Of a stretch of DNA of 64,000 nucleotides, positions 19,537 to 29,538 are shown one piece after another. The stretch comes from Bacteroidota bacterium (lineage in GTDB: Bacteria; Bacteroidota; Bacteroidia; Bacteroidales; GCA-2748055). The stretch covers positions 226,406 to 290,405 of the forward strand of contig JAZDPG010000063.1 in assembly GCA_043797815.1 (NCBI GenBank), read 5' to 3'. Position 1 is the first letter of the stretch, and every line of letters starts with the position of its first letter. The position numbers and the translations under genes were made by a program. The notes beneath the pieces are model-generated. The model saw only the letters and a list, made by a program, of their open reading frames with translations. It searched no databases and was not told the origin of the DNA.

Positions 19537-19861
19537 TGGTTTTTTCACCAGGGTTTATCAGGTGGTCAGGCTTATCCCACCGGGAAGGGTCACCTCTTAC
19601 GGAGCCATAGCCCGATACCTCGGCGCTCCGGGTGCAGCCAGGATGGTTGGATGGGCCATGAACCAGTGTCACACCCATCCCGAATATGTGCCTGCCCACC
19701 GTGTGGTCAACCGGGTGGGACTTCTCACCGGGAAGCATCATTTCCATGGGCGGAATCTGATGCAGGAACTGCTGGAAAACGAAGGCGCTGTCATTGATCA
19801 GAACCGCATTGTCAATTTCAAAGATCTTTTCTGGGATCCCCTTGGGGAATTGGGGCTATAG
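19523..19861 (+). CDS. MGMT-family DNA-binding protein, alkyltransferase-like (ATL; no active-site Cys)
   Basis: The ATG at 19523 overlaps the trmB end by 14 nt. It has the MGMT C-terminal domain (RVYQVVRLIPPGRVTSYGAIA), but the PCHRV active site reads PAHRV. An Ala replaces the acceptor Cys, as in ATL proteins. Confidence 0.7.
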   Translation: MTPNNGFFTRVYQVVRLIPPGRVTSYGAIARYLGAPGAARMVGWAMNQCHTHPEYVPAHRVVNRVGLLTGKHHFHGRNLMQELLENEGAVIDQNRIVNFKDLFWDPLGELGL

Positions 19862-19917
19862 TAACTTAATCTAAATAAAAAAAAGGCTATCTTTGGGCCT
19901 CAAACAGTGGGTAAATC

Positions 19918-21018
19918 ATGGAAATTCAGAAGGAGAAAATCTTAGAAGTTTTAAATGGTATCATACACCCGGAATCCAGGGAGAGCATTGTTTCCATGGG
20001 CATGGTCAGCGAAGTTGTATACAGGGAAGGAGATCTTTGGATCGCGTTGCAGTTCAGCAGGGCAAACGATCCCTTCATCCAGTCCATTAAGAAGGCATGC
20101 ATGAGGAGCGTGAACAATGCATTTGGTGAGGAAACCTTAAAGAAAGGTCACATCCAGGTGATGGTTCCTGAGCCTCCTCCGCCTCGCCAGGTGCTTCCTG
20201 GGGTAAAAAACATCGTGGCAGTGGCATCAGGGAAAGGAGGCGTGGGAAAATCAACCGTGGCTGCCAACCTGGCGGTGGCGCTGGCCATGACCGGTTCCAG
20301 GGTGGGACTGATCGATGCCGATGTGTATGGCCCCTCCATACCCAAAATGTTCAATGAGGAAGAAAAGAAGCCTGCAGCAAGGACAGAAGAAGGGACAGAG
20401 TGGATCATTCCCATTGAGAAGTACGGAGTTAAACTGCTTTCGGTCGGATTTTTCGTCCGGCCTGAAGATGCAGTGATCTGGCGCGGGCCCATGGCCACAA
20501 GTGCATTGAAACAGCTTATATCACAGGGGGACTGGGGTGAGCTGGATTACCTGCTCATCGACCTGCCTCCGGGTACGGGCGATGTGCACCTGACCATGGT
20601 CCAGGAAGTGCCAGTTACAGGAGTGGTCATCGTGAGCACACCGCAGGATGTGGCCCTGGCCGATGTGGTGAAGGGGATCAACATGTTTGCGGGTGACAAG
20701 ATCAACGTGCCGGTACTGGGCATCATCGAGAACATGTCTTGGTTTACTCCGGATGAGCTGCCCGATAACAGGTATTACATCTTCGGGAAGGAGGGTTGCA
20801 GGAAGCTGTCTGAAAAAACCGGAATCCCCCTGCTGGGAGAAATCCCCATTGTACAGGGAATCAGGGAATCCGGAGATACGGGAGAACCGGTGGCTCTGTT
20901 CCCAGATAAGCCTTCCGGGAAAGCCTTCCACGTCCTGGCTGAAGCAGTCCGGAAGGCTGTTGACATAAGGAATTCCGAACTTCAGCCCACCCGGAAGGTA
21001 GAGATTACAACCAAATAA
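19918..21018 (+). CDS. apbC: Mrp/NBP35 (ApbC) iron-sulfur cluster carrier ATPase
   Basis: N-terminal DUF59-like domain, deviant Walker A VASGKGGVGKST, and the ENMSWF block. Confidence 0.9.
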   Translation: MEIQKEKILEVLNGIIHPESRESIVSMGMVSEVVYREGDLWIALQFSRANDPFIQSIKKACMRSVNNAFGEETLKKGHIQVMVPEPPPPRQVLPGVKNIVAVASGKGGVGKSTVAANLAVALAMTGSRVGLIDADVYGPSIPKMFNEEEKKPAARTEEGTEWIIPIEKYGVKLLSVGFFVRPEDAVIWRGPMATSALKQLISQGDWGELDYLLIDLPPGTGDVHLTMVQEVPVTGVVIVSTPQDVALADVVKGINMFAGDKINVPVLGIIENMSWFTPDELPDNRYYIFGKEGCRKLSEKTGIPLLGEIPIVQGIRESGDTGEPVALFPDKPSGKAFHVLAEAVRKAVDIRNSELQPTRKVEITTK

Positions 21019-21040
21019 TTGAACAGTTTAAGCAAATCAT

Positions 21041-21280
21041 ATGGAAGCGATTAGAGAACGCGTTGAGAAGGCACTGGTGAAGATCAGGCCCTATCTGGTG
21101 GCCGATGGAGGAGATATTAGTGTGGTGGAAATTACGGAAGATATGGTGGTCAGGGTAGAGATGAAAGGGGCGTGCCATGGCTGTCCTTACAGCATGCAGA
21201 CCCTCAAGGCAGGGGTAGAAATGGCTATTCGGAACGAAGTTCCCGAAATTAAAGAGGTGGTGGATATTAACAATATTTAA
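21041..21280 (+). CDS. NifU-like (Nfu C-terminal domain) protein
   Basis: 79 aa with the CxxC motif in GACHGCPYSMQTLKAGVE. Adjacent to apbC. Confidence 0.85.
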   Translation: MEAIRERVEKALVKIRPYLVADGGDISVVEITEDMVVRVEMKGACHGCPYSMQTLKAGVEMAIRNEVPEIKEVVDINNI

Positions 21281-24061
21281 TTGCAAAAGCAGTTAGTTAT
21301 TTGTAAGCCTCCGCAGGAGCTTCACCCAATCATTGTTTCCTTTTTGAAGAGATTCACAAATAACCGGACCGTCAATCCACACAGGATCATCCTGGTGTAT
21401 GGTATTGGAATATTTTTTCTTTCCGGGGCGATCTCCTGCAGTGTGGAAAAAAACACCTCCATAAGCAGGAATTACCACAATCTTACTTCACATTACAACG
21501 TCTATTTCAACGGTCTGGAGAGCTACAAAAAGGGGATTGAAAAAGCCGGAACCTCCATAAAGTTAGATTATACCAACATTCTGCCCATATTTCTTTACGA
21601 ACAGGAAGAGGTACACTCGGCTGTGAATGCCGATATGAAAAGAGCCATCGACAAAGCCACCAAGGTGATTACCTACCACTCCATCAAGGCCAAGCCTGAG
21701 GTGAAGGAGGGTGACCAGTCTGACAAAGACCAGGCATTTTATGAGCGGAACGAATACAACAAATGGGTGGATGACTCTTATATGCTCATGGGACAGTCAT
21801 ATATGTACCAGGGAGAGTACTTCCTGGCCATCGAAACTTTCAAGCATGTGCTGGTCACCTTCCCTGTGGATGATATCCGCTTCCTGGCTATGATTTGGCT
21901 GGCCAGGGCCCACATCATGATCGATGAGATGCGGGAAGCGGAAAGGATACTCATCTCCCTGTCTGATCAGCATGGGCTTCCGGAGGAATACCTGGGCGAC
22001 TATCTGACCACACAAACACAGTTCAGGCTGAAAAAAAAATCCTATGCAGAGGCTGCCGGGTACCTCGAAAATGCGCTGAATCAGAAAGGGCTGAAAAAAG
22101 AACAGAAGATCAGGTTTACCTTCATCCTTGCACAGTTGTATGAGGAAGCCGGAGAAAATAGCCTGGCGCTGGAGAAATACAAGCGGGTGAACAGGTTTAA
22201 TCCTCCCTATGAGATGGCTTTCAATGCCAGGGTGAGCATGGCAGAAGTTTTTGAGACAGGCAGTGCCAGTAGTGAGGATCTGAAAAAACTGCTGAATAAA
22301 ATGCTTCGGGACAGCAAAAACAAGGAATACAAGGACCAGATCTATTTTGCCCTGGGGAACATTGCATTTGAAGAGGGTGACAGGGAAGGCGCCATAACCT
22401 GCTACCAGCTTTCGGTGGCCTCAAGCATTCAGAACCAGTACCAGAAAGGTTTCTCGTCGGTAACCCTTGCGAAGATCTACTACGATGAGCCCGATTACAT
22501 CCTCTCGGCTGCCTATTACGATTCGGCCGTCTCGTTCCTGAACAAGGATTACCCGGGGTACAGCGGACTGGTCACCCTTTCAGCCAGCCTGAGCCGTCTG
22601 GTCTACAACGTCAATATTTTTGAGCTGGAGGACAGCGTCCAGATGCTTGCCGCCCTGCCTGAAGCAGAAAGGCTCTCCATCATTGACGGGATTATCGAAC
22701 AGGTTCGCCAGGCCGAGGAAGAAGCCCGTCAGGCCGAGCAGCAGGCCATGCAGGACATGGCATTTAACCAGTCCATGATGTTTAACAACAACCAGCCGGG
22801 AGGTCAGTCCGGCCAGCAGGGAGGAACGTGGTACTTTTACAACCTGAATGCAAAAAGCTTCGGTCAGCCCGAATTCAGAATGAAGTGGGGAACACGGCGG
22901 CTGGAGGACAACTGGCGCCGGAAGAACAAGCAGTCCCTCTCATCCTTGATGCCGGGGCAAGGAACCAGTGGCGACAGTATAAACGGAGGAGGGGGGGCAA
23001 CAACTATTTTTGACAACAAGTCGAGGGAATACTACCTGGCCACCATTCCACTCAACGATTCGGCCATGGAGCAGTCCAACATCAGGCTCGAGGAGGCACT
23101 CTACAACATGGGAGTGATCTACAAGGAGAACCTCCTGGATTATGACGAGGCCATCCTGGCCTTTGATCAGGAGCTGAACAGGTTTCCCTACCCTGCGGGA
23201 AGATACAACGACCGGGTCATGTACTACCTCTACGAGCTGTACAATTCCACCCAAAAAACTGACCGGGCAGACTTTTACAAAGGCCAGCTGGTGGCCCTGT
23301 ATCCCGAATCCCACTATACCAAGCTGCTGCACAATCCCAATTATATTGACGAACTGGAAGCGGAAGCGATGCGGGTCACCCGCATGTATGAAGGGATATT
23401 CGAAAAGTACAAGTCCGGGGATTACTCCGGAGTGATTGCTGGTGCCGGCAATGCCATTGCTGAAAACCCGGACGATCCGCTGGTTCCCAAGTTCAAGTAC
23501 ATCAAAGCGCTGTCCGTAGGGGCGCTTGAAGGGAAGGAAGAAATGAAGGTGGAATTTGATTCGCTCATTGCCCAGCATCCGGGGACCGGGGAGAGCCTGC
23601 AGGCGCAGGAGATCATCGATTACATGTTTGTGGCATTCCCCGTGATCAGGGAGGCTGAAGAAGCCAGGGTGGCTGAGGAGATCTATACAAGCTACGATCC
23701 CGGCCAGGAGCACTACTTCCTTCTGGCACTCCAACAGAATGAAAATGTGAACCAGGTCAGTTTCGACCTGCTGAATTTCAACCTGGATCATTTCAATGAA
23801 TACGACCTGTCCATTGAAAAGCTCCAGCTTAAAGACGGGTACCAGATGTTGGTTGTCAGGACCTTTTTGAACAAGGAGGGGGCCACACGGTACCTGGAGG
23901 CGGTCAGCAAGAACAAATCCCAGATCCTGGCGGGTATCTCCGAAGACCATTACAGGATGATGGTGATCTCACTGGATAACTTCGCCACCCTCACCCGGCA
24001 TAAGGTTGGCAATGCTTACTACCTCTTTTATCTGAATCATTATTTAAACCAGGTACAATGA
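21281..24061 (+). CDS. TPR-repeat lipoprotein, SprE/PorW-like (putative T9SS component)
   Basis: About 900 aa. Candidate lipoprotein signal (IFFLSGAISC), then NYHNLTSHYNVYFNG, multiple TPR-like repeats, a Q/N/G-rich linker, and a WYFYN…WGTRRLEDNWRR block. Its stop overlaps the porX start (ATGA). The SprE/PorW assignment is from remembered architecture only. The track start at 21281 is a TTG, so the true start is uncertain. Confidence 0.5.
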   Translation: MQKQLVICKPPQELHPIIVSFLKRFTNNRTVNPHRIILVYGIGIFFLSGAISCSVEKNTSISRNYHNLTSHYNVYFNGLESYKKGIEKAGTSIKLDYTNILPIFLYEQEEVHSAVNADMKRAIDKATKVITYHSIKAKPEVKEGDQSDKDQAFYERNEYNKWVDDSYMLMGQSYMYQGEYFLAIETFKHVLVTFPVDDIRFLAMIWLARAHIMIDEMREAERILISLSDQHGLPEEYLGDYLTTQTQFRLKKKSYAEAAGYLENALNQKGLKKEQKIRFTFILAQLYEEAGENSLALEKYKRVNRFNPPYEMAFNARVSMAEVFETGSASSEDLKKLLNKMLRDSKNKEYKDQIYFALGNIAFEEGDREGAITCYQLSVASSIQNQYQKGFSSVTLAKIYYDEPDYILSAAYYDSAVSFLNKDYPGYSGLVTLSASLSRLVYNVNIFELEDSVQMLAALPEAERLSIIDGIIEQVRQAEEEARQAEQQAMQDMAFNQSMMFNNNQPGGQSGQQGGTWYFYNLNAKSFGQPEFRMKWGTRRLEDNWRRKNKQSLSSLMPGQGTSGDSINGGGGATTIFDNKSREYYLATIPLNDSAMEQSNIRLEEALYNMGVIYKENLLDYDEAILAFDQELNRFPYPAGRYNDRVMYYLYELYNSTQKTDRADFYKGQLVALYPESHYTKLLHNPNYIDELEAEAMRVTRMYEGIFEKYKSGDYSGVIAGAGNAIAENPDDPLVPKFKYIKALSVGALEGKEEMKVEFDSLIAQHPGTGESLQAQEIIDYMFVAFPVIREAEEARVAEEIYTSYDPGQEHYFLLALQQNENVNQVSFDLLNFNLDHFNEYDLSIEKLQLKDGYQMLVVRTFLNKEGATRYLEAVSKNKSQILAGISEDHYRMMVISLDNFATLTRHKVGNAYYLFYLNHYLNQVQ

Positions 24062-25614
24062 CCAGGCAGATCCACATTTTATGGACAGACGATGAGATTG
24101 ACCTTCTGAAGCCCTATATCCTTTTCCTGGAGGAGAAGAATTACCGGGTTTCGACGGCAGCCAACGGGACCGATGCCATCAGCCTGGTGGAGACCAGTGA
24201 TTTCGACCTGATCTTCCTGGATGAGAACATGCCCGGAATCTCAGGTCTTGAAACCCTGGAACAGATCAAGAACATCAAACCCTCCATCCCGGTGGTGATG
24301 ATCACCAAGAATGAGGAGGAGGATATCATGGATGAAGCATTGGGAGGCAAGATCGCGGATTACCTCATCAAACCGGTCAATCCCAAGCAGATTTTACTGA
24401 CCATCAAGAAGAACATTGATTCCAAGCGGCTGGTTACCGAGAAAACCACATCAGGCTACCAGGCACAGTTCAGCCAGATCGGGATGAAAATCAACATGGC
24501 CAGGAGTTTCCGGGACTGGGTGGAGATATATACCCGTCTGGTCTTTTGGGAAATGGAGCTGGGATCCACCAACAAGGGTGGGATGGATGAGGTTTTACGC
24601 ATGCAGAAAACCGAAGCCAACAACGGATTTTCCAGGTTCATCCGTTCCAATTATGCCGGTTGGTTTTCGGGTACATCTGAGGATGTCCCCCTGCTTTCAC
24701 ACCAGCTTTTCAGGAACAAGGTATTTCCCCTCCTGGAGCAGGGGAAGGTGGTGGTTGTACTTATAGATAACCTCCGCTTCGACCAGTGGAAGATTATTGA
24801 GCAGGAGATTGTGTCGTTCTTCCGGACCGAAGAGGAGCATATCTTTTCAAGTATTCTGCCCACAGCAACGCAATATGCACGGAATGCCATGTTTTCCGGA
24901 ATGATGCCTGCCGAGATCCAGGAGAAACACCCCGGGCTCTGGGTGGATGAAGAGAAAGAGGATGGGAAAAATGCCCATGAGGAGGAACTTTGCAGGATCC
25001 AGATGAAACGGTTGGGACTGGACTACTCGTTCAATTACGAGAAAGTCACCAATCAGAGGGTTGGAAAGAAGATCCTTGAAAAATACAATGACCTGCTCAA
25101 TTTCGACCTGAATATCCTGGTCTACAACTTTGTGGATATGCTATCACACGCGCGGACCGAAATGGAGATGATCAGGGAGCTGGCATTTGATGAGGCGTCA
25201 TACAGGTCCCTGATGCACAGTTGGTTTCAGCACTCTTACCTCTACGATTTGCTGAAGCAGCTGGCACAGCATGACCTGAAACTGGTGGTCACCACCGACC
25301 ATGGGGCGGTCAGGGTGACCAACCCGGTGAAGGTGATCGGGGACAGGAAAACATCTGTCAACCTCCGGTACAAGCAAGGGAAAAGCCTGAATTACAATCC
25401 CAGGGAGGTTTTTGAAATCACCCGGCCCGGCGACATCCTGCTTCCCAAATCCAACATGACTTCCAGTTATATTTTTGCCATGAACAACGATTTCATGGTT
25501 TACCCCAACAATTACAACCATTTTGTGAACCACTTCAGGAACACATTTCAGCACGGGGGCATCTCCATGGAGGAGATGCTGATCCCTCTATCCATCCTTT
25601 CACCTGTCAGGTAA
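24058..25614 (+). CDS. porX: PorX-type response regulator (CheY receiver + PglZ/alkaline-phosphatase-like domain)
   Basis: 518 aa. The receiver domain has the acidic pocket and phospho-acceptor context (DLIFLDENMPGISG). The C-terminal domain is PglZ-like (…VVTTDHGAV…QHGGIS). Size and architecture match T9SS PorX. Confidence 0.8.
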   Translation: MTRQIHILWTDDEIDLLKPYILFLEEKNYRVSTAANGTDAISLVETSDFDLIFLDENMPGISGLETLEQIKNIKPSIPVVMITKNEEEDIMDEALGGKIADYLIKPVNPKQILLTIKKNIDSKRLVTEKTTSGYQAQFSQIGMKINMARSFRDWVEIYTRLVFWEMELGSTNKGGMDEVLRMQKTEANNGFSRFIRSNYAGWFSGTSEDVPLLSHQLFRNKVFPLLEQGKVVVVLIDNLRFDQWKIIEQEIVSFFRTEEEHIFSSILPTATQYARNAMFSGMMPAEIQEKHPGLWVDEEKEDGKNAHEEELCRIQMKRLGLDYSFNYEKVTNQRVGKKILEKYNDLLNFDLNILVYNFVDMLSHARTEMEMIRELAFDEASYRSLMHSWFQHSYLYDLLKQLAQHDLKLVVTTDHGAVRVTNPVKVIGDRKTSVNLRYKQGKSLNYNPREVFEITRPGDILLPKSNMTSSYIFAMNNDFMVYPNNYNHFVNHFRNTFQHGGISMEEMLIPLSILSPVR

Positions 25615-26042
25615 TGCATCACCTGATCCCCATATCATCACTGAAGAATCTTCCGGCTGCAGCCAAATCCTTCCTGGATGCCACCGGGGAGACAAAGGTG
25701 CTTGCGTTTTCGGGCGATATGGGCGCAGGGAAGACCACCTTTATTCAGTCCCTGTGCCTGGCCCTGGGTGTCTCCGTTGAGGTGAACAGCCCCACCTTTT
25801 CACTTGTGAATGAGTATTTTACGGACCAGGGTGAATCCATCTTCCATTTCGACCTGTACCGGATTGAAGATCCGGCTGAATTGTTTGACATGGGGTATGA
25901 GGAGTATTTTTATTCGGGAAGCCGCTGCTTTATCGAATGGCCCGAAAAGGCAGGTCACCTGATTCCGGAAACTGCACTTACAGTCCGCATCAGCGTTTTG
26001 GATGACCAATCCCGCCAGATTGAATTTGAACTTCCGGATTAA
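25614..26042 (+). CDS. tsaE: tRNA t6A biosynthesis ATPase TsaE
   Basis: 142 aa. P-loop GDMGAGKTT and the SPTFSLVNEY motif. The start shares one base with the porX stop (TAATG). Confidence 0.85.
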   Translation: MHHLIPISSLKNLPAAAKSFLDATGETKVLAFSGDMGAGKTTFIQSLCLALGVSVEVNSPTFSLVNEYFTDQGESIFHFDLYRIEDPAELFDMGYEEYFYSGSRCFIEWPEKAGHLIPETALTVRISVLDDQSRQIEFELPD

Positions 26043-26188
26043 CGACCCGGGTATAAATTGTTCAGAACCAATGCCGTGATAAAATATCTTGACAAAACTC
26101 CCTAATTGTCTTAATTTAGGGTCCCTTAAATGCTGAATTCATGGAAAAATCCGGACCCCCATCATTTAATTTGCGCAAAGAGGGATTG

Positions 26189-27362
26189 ATGCCCCAGGAA
26201 GAGACCCTTGAGGTAGGGAATAAACAGAAGCAACTGAAGATCGGGATCCCCTCAGAGGATCATACCGTGGAGAGCCGGGTACCGATTACCCCGGAAGCAG
26301 TGGAGATCCTCACCGGGCATGGCCACGAAGTGATCCTGGAGAAAGGAGCAGGCAATGCAGCCAATTACCCCGACACCGATTATTCCGAGAAAGGCGGGAT
26401 GATCGCTGAAAACCGGCAGGATGTATTCGGTGAAAGTGACATCCTTCTGAAAATCAGTCCGCCGACCCATGAAGAGATCAGCTGGATGAAGGAGCGGCAG
26501 ACCCTTCTTTCCTCTTTCCAGGTGGCCACCCACCAGGATGAGAAATATGTCCGGATGCTCATGCAGAAACGGGCGACAGCCATTGCATTTGAACGCATCC
26601 AGGATGAACACAAATGCTACCCGGCCGTCCGGAGCATGAGCGCCATTGCCGGGACAACCAGCATGCTGATCGCTGCGGAGTACCTGAGCAATGTGCGGGG
26701 GGGCAAAGGAGTGATGCTGGGCGGCATTACAGGAATTACACCCACCGAAGTGGTGATCCTCGGTGCAGGCACAGCAGCGGAATACGCAGTCAGGGCTGCC
26801 ATGGGACTGGGATCGGAAGTCAAGGTTTTTGACCACTCCATCCACCGGCTACGCAGGTTGCAGGACGCAGTGGGACACATGATCCCCACTTCCATATTTC
26901 ATCCCAAGGTGATTTTAAAAGCACTCCGGTCGGCTGATGTGCTGATCGGCGCCATCCGGAGGGACGAGACCTACAAAGGTTATTTTATCACCGAGGAAAT
27001 GGTGATGGAGATGAAGAAAGGTTCGGTGATCATAGATGTGAGCATCGACAGGGGCGGATGCATAGAAACCTCGGAACTGCGGACCCAGGTTGATCCTGTT
27101 TTTGTAAAGCATGGCGTTATTCATTACTGTGTTCCCAACATCCCCTCGCGGGTGGCCCGGACAGCCTCCATTGCCATATCCAATGTGTTTGCACCACTGA
27201 TCATTGGCATGGGGGAACAGAGTGGAGAAGGAAGGCACCTGAAAGAAAATGTGGGCTTGCGCCATGGCGTTTATATCTACAATGGCATACTGACCAGCGA
27301 AATCCTGGGGCGGAACCTGGGCATCCCCTCCAAGGATATTGATTTATTGATGGCGGTAATCT

Positions 27363-27364
<2 letters not shown>
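26189..27364 (+). CDS. Alanine dehydrogenase/PNT-family NAD-dependent dehydrogenase
   Basis: AlaDH/PNT N-terminal and NAD-binding domains (VVILGAGTAAEYAVRAA). The ATG at 26189 is preferred over the track start at 26141. The substrate is not determinable from sequence. Confidence 0.65.
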
Positions 27365-27467
<103 letters not shown>

Positions 27468-27502
27468 GGGAAAAGGAAAAAGTGAAAAGGAGAAAGGAGA
27501 AA

Positions 27503-28069
27503 GTGAAAAGATGTGGCTTGATACTGGTTACAGGGATCATGTTGGTGATGCTGGCGGGATGTGACAGCAACAAGGGGCCCGACTATAGCGGGGAAATCCA
27601 GTTGAGTTCCCAGTTGTTCGGTACGGAGAATTACTATTTGCTTGGATATTCATTTGAGGATAGCGAATATTATAAGTTTCCATTGGACGGGGAGCATGTT
27701 CCGGAGATTATCAATGAAGGATACCTGGTGATGGAGGGGCCCAAACAGGTCTCCCTTCCCGGTTTCAATGCTCCCGGACAAGGCTCCGGTTTTGCACTGG
27801 TGCGGGAGTTCGCAGCGGGGGAGGAAGCCCGCTCGTTTTTTAATGCCTATGCAGAGGTGGAAGGAGAATTGAAGTTCACACAGGTGAGCGATACTGTAAA
27901 ACTTCACCAGGTCTGGGTGCAGCGGACAGCCGGAGGCAATTATGTGAAGATGGTCATTACGGTCATCCGGCAGTTTGAGGTTGAATCGGGCAGGCCTTAC
28001 AACGAAGTCAACCTGGAATACGGTTATGCTCCCAACGGGTCCAAAGTCTTTCAGGTGTTACCCGATTGA
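27503..28069 (+). CDS. Hypothetical lipoprotein
   Basis: The GTG at 27503 gives a textbook lipoprotein signal (M)KRCGLILVTGIMLVMLAGC|DSN and is preceded by the purine-rich AGGAGAAAGGAGAAA. An in-frame GTG at 27482 is an alternative. The track ORF start at 27371 reads through the heptamer repeat and is probably not real. No known family. Confidence 0.55.
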   Translation: MKRCGLILVTGIMLVMLAGCDSNKGPDYSGEIQLSSQLFGTENYYLLGYSFEDSEYYKFPLDGEHVPEIINEGYLVMEGPKQVSLPGFNAPGQGSGFALVREFAAGEEARSFFNAYAEVEGELKFTQVSDTVKLHQVWVQRTAGGNYVKMVITVIRQFEVESGRPYNEVNLEYGYAPNGSKVFQVLPD

Positions 28070-28091
28070 CCGCTTTTTTCTATATTAGGAC

Positions 28092-29531
28092 ATGAATTTC
28101 GCGCTTCTTGGTTTCATTTTGTACCTGGCAGTGATCCTCGTGGTGGGATTTATCACCTACAGCAGCAACAAATCACACAAAGACTTTTTTATAGCTGACA
28201 GGAGACTGCGTCCCTGGGTCATTGCATTTTCTGAAAGGGCATCGGGGGAGAGCGCCTGGTTGCTGCTTGGCCTGCCCGGGGCGGCCTATGCTGCCGGATT
28301 GATGGAATTCTGGTCGGCCCTGGGATGTGTGACGGGAATCATATTCTACTGGTTTTTTATAGCCAGGGCTCTGCGGGAGGAGACTGAGAAACTGGGAGCC
28401 ATTACCCTGCCCACCTTTCTGGCTGCAGGATATCAGAAGGGGCAGTCCCTGATCAGGGTGCTGGCCACCTTCATTATCATCTTTTTCTTTATTTTTTATC
28501 TCTCCGCCCAGTTTAACGGTGCCGGTAAAATTCTGAATGTGACCTTTGGGATAGACCAGCGCATAGGGATGATCATCGGTGCTGCGGTGATCATTTTCTA
28601 TACCATGATGGGCGGTTTTTTCGCGGTGGCGTGGACCGATGTGGTTCAGGGAATCATCATGATCGGCACCCTGGTGGTGCTGCCCCTGGTAGGACTTGTG
28701 GAACTCAGGGAGATCAGTGAAGGGACAAAACCGCTTGCGGAGATGAATGCAGCCGGTGGATACCCGCTCCTGTCATTTACAGGCGGTAAAACAGGGTGGG
28801 CAGCGGCGGCTGTGATTATCAGCGGCATGAGCTGGGCCCTGGGATACATGGGTCAGCCCCACCTGCTCACCCGTTTCATGGCCATAGACAAAGCTGAGAA
28901 CATCAGGATCTCCCGCCGGATTGCCATCGCCTGGGTGATCCCTGCCTTTACCGGAGCAGTGGTCATTGGGCTTGTGGGCGCAGGGCTTTACGGTCAGGGT
29001 GTTTTTGATGATATTGAGAAAGTAATGCCCCACCTGGCCAATGACCTGCTTCCCGCATGGCTGGCAGGGGTTTTTGTCAGCGGGGCCATTGCAGCCATGA
29101 TGTCCACGGCCGACAGCCAGCTGCTGGTGATCAGTTCATCCATTATAGAGGATCTTTTTCACCAGACCCTGGGCAGGGAGGTGGGGGATGCATTGCTTTT
29201 GAAAGGCAGCCGCATGATCACCATCATCGTGGGAATTACCGCCTTTGTGATCGCCCTTACTTCCGATAAACTGATCTTTTCCATGGTTTCCTATGCATGG
29301 GCCGGACTGGGTTCTTCTTTCGGCCCCCTGATCCTGCTGATGCTTACCTGGAAAAAAGTGACGCGGCAGGGTGTGATCGCGGGACTGGTCACCGGATTTG
29401 TTTCCACAGTGGTCTGGTCGGAGATTACCCTGCTCGACCAGGTGATCAGTGTGAGGTTCACCTCCTGGGTGCTGGCACTTGCAGCAGTGTGGATTACCAG
29501 CGTTATCACCTTCCAAAAACCGGCAGACTGA
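28092..29531 (+). CDS. Sodium:solute symporter family (PutP-like) transporter
   Basis: 479 aa with about 12-13 predicted TM helices. The N-terminal pattern (…DFFIADRRLRPWVIAFSERASGESAWLLLGLPG) is typical of SSF transporters. Confidence 0.8.
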   Translation: MNFALLGFILYLAVILVVGFITYSSNKSHKDFFIADRRLRPWVIAFSERASGESAWLLLGLPGAAYAAGLMEFWSALGCVTGIIFYWFFIARALREETEKLGAITLPTFLAAGYQKGQSLIRVLATFIIIFFFIFYLSAQFNGAGKILNVTFGIDQRIGMIIGAAVIIFYTMMGGFFAVAWTDVVQGIIMIGTLVVLPLVGLVELREISEGTKPLAEMNAAGGYPLLSFTGGKTGWAAAAVIISGMSWALGYMGQPHLLTRFMAIDKAENIRISRRIAIAWVIPAFTGAVVIGLVGAGLYGQGVFDDIEKVMPHLANDLLPAWLAGVFVSGAIAAMMSTADSQLLVISSSIIEDLFHQTLGREVGDALLLKGSRMITIIVGITAFVIALTSDKLIFSMVSYAWAGLGSSFGPLILLMLTWKKVTRQGVIAGLVTGFVSTVVWSEITLLDQVISVRFTSWVLALAAVWITSVITFQKPAD

Positions 29532-29538
29532 TCCTGGA

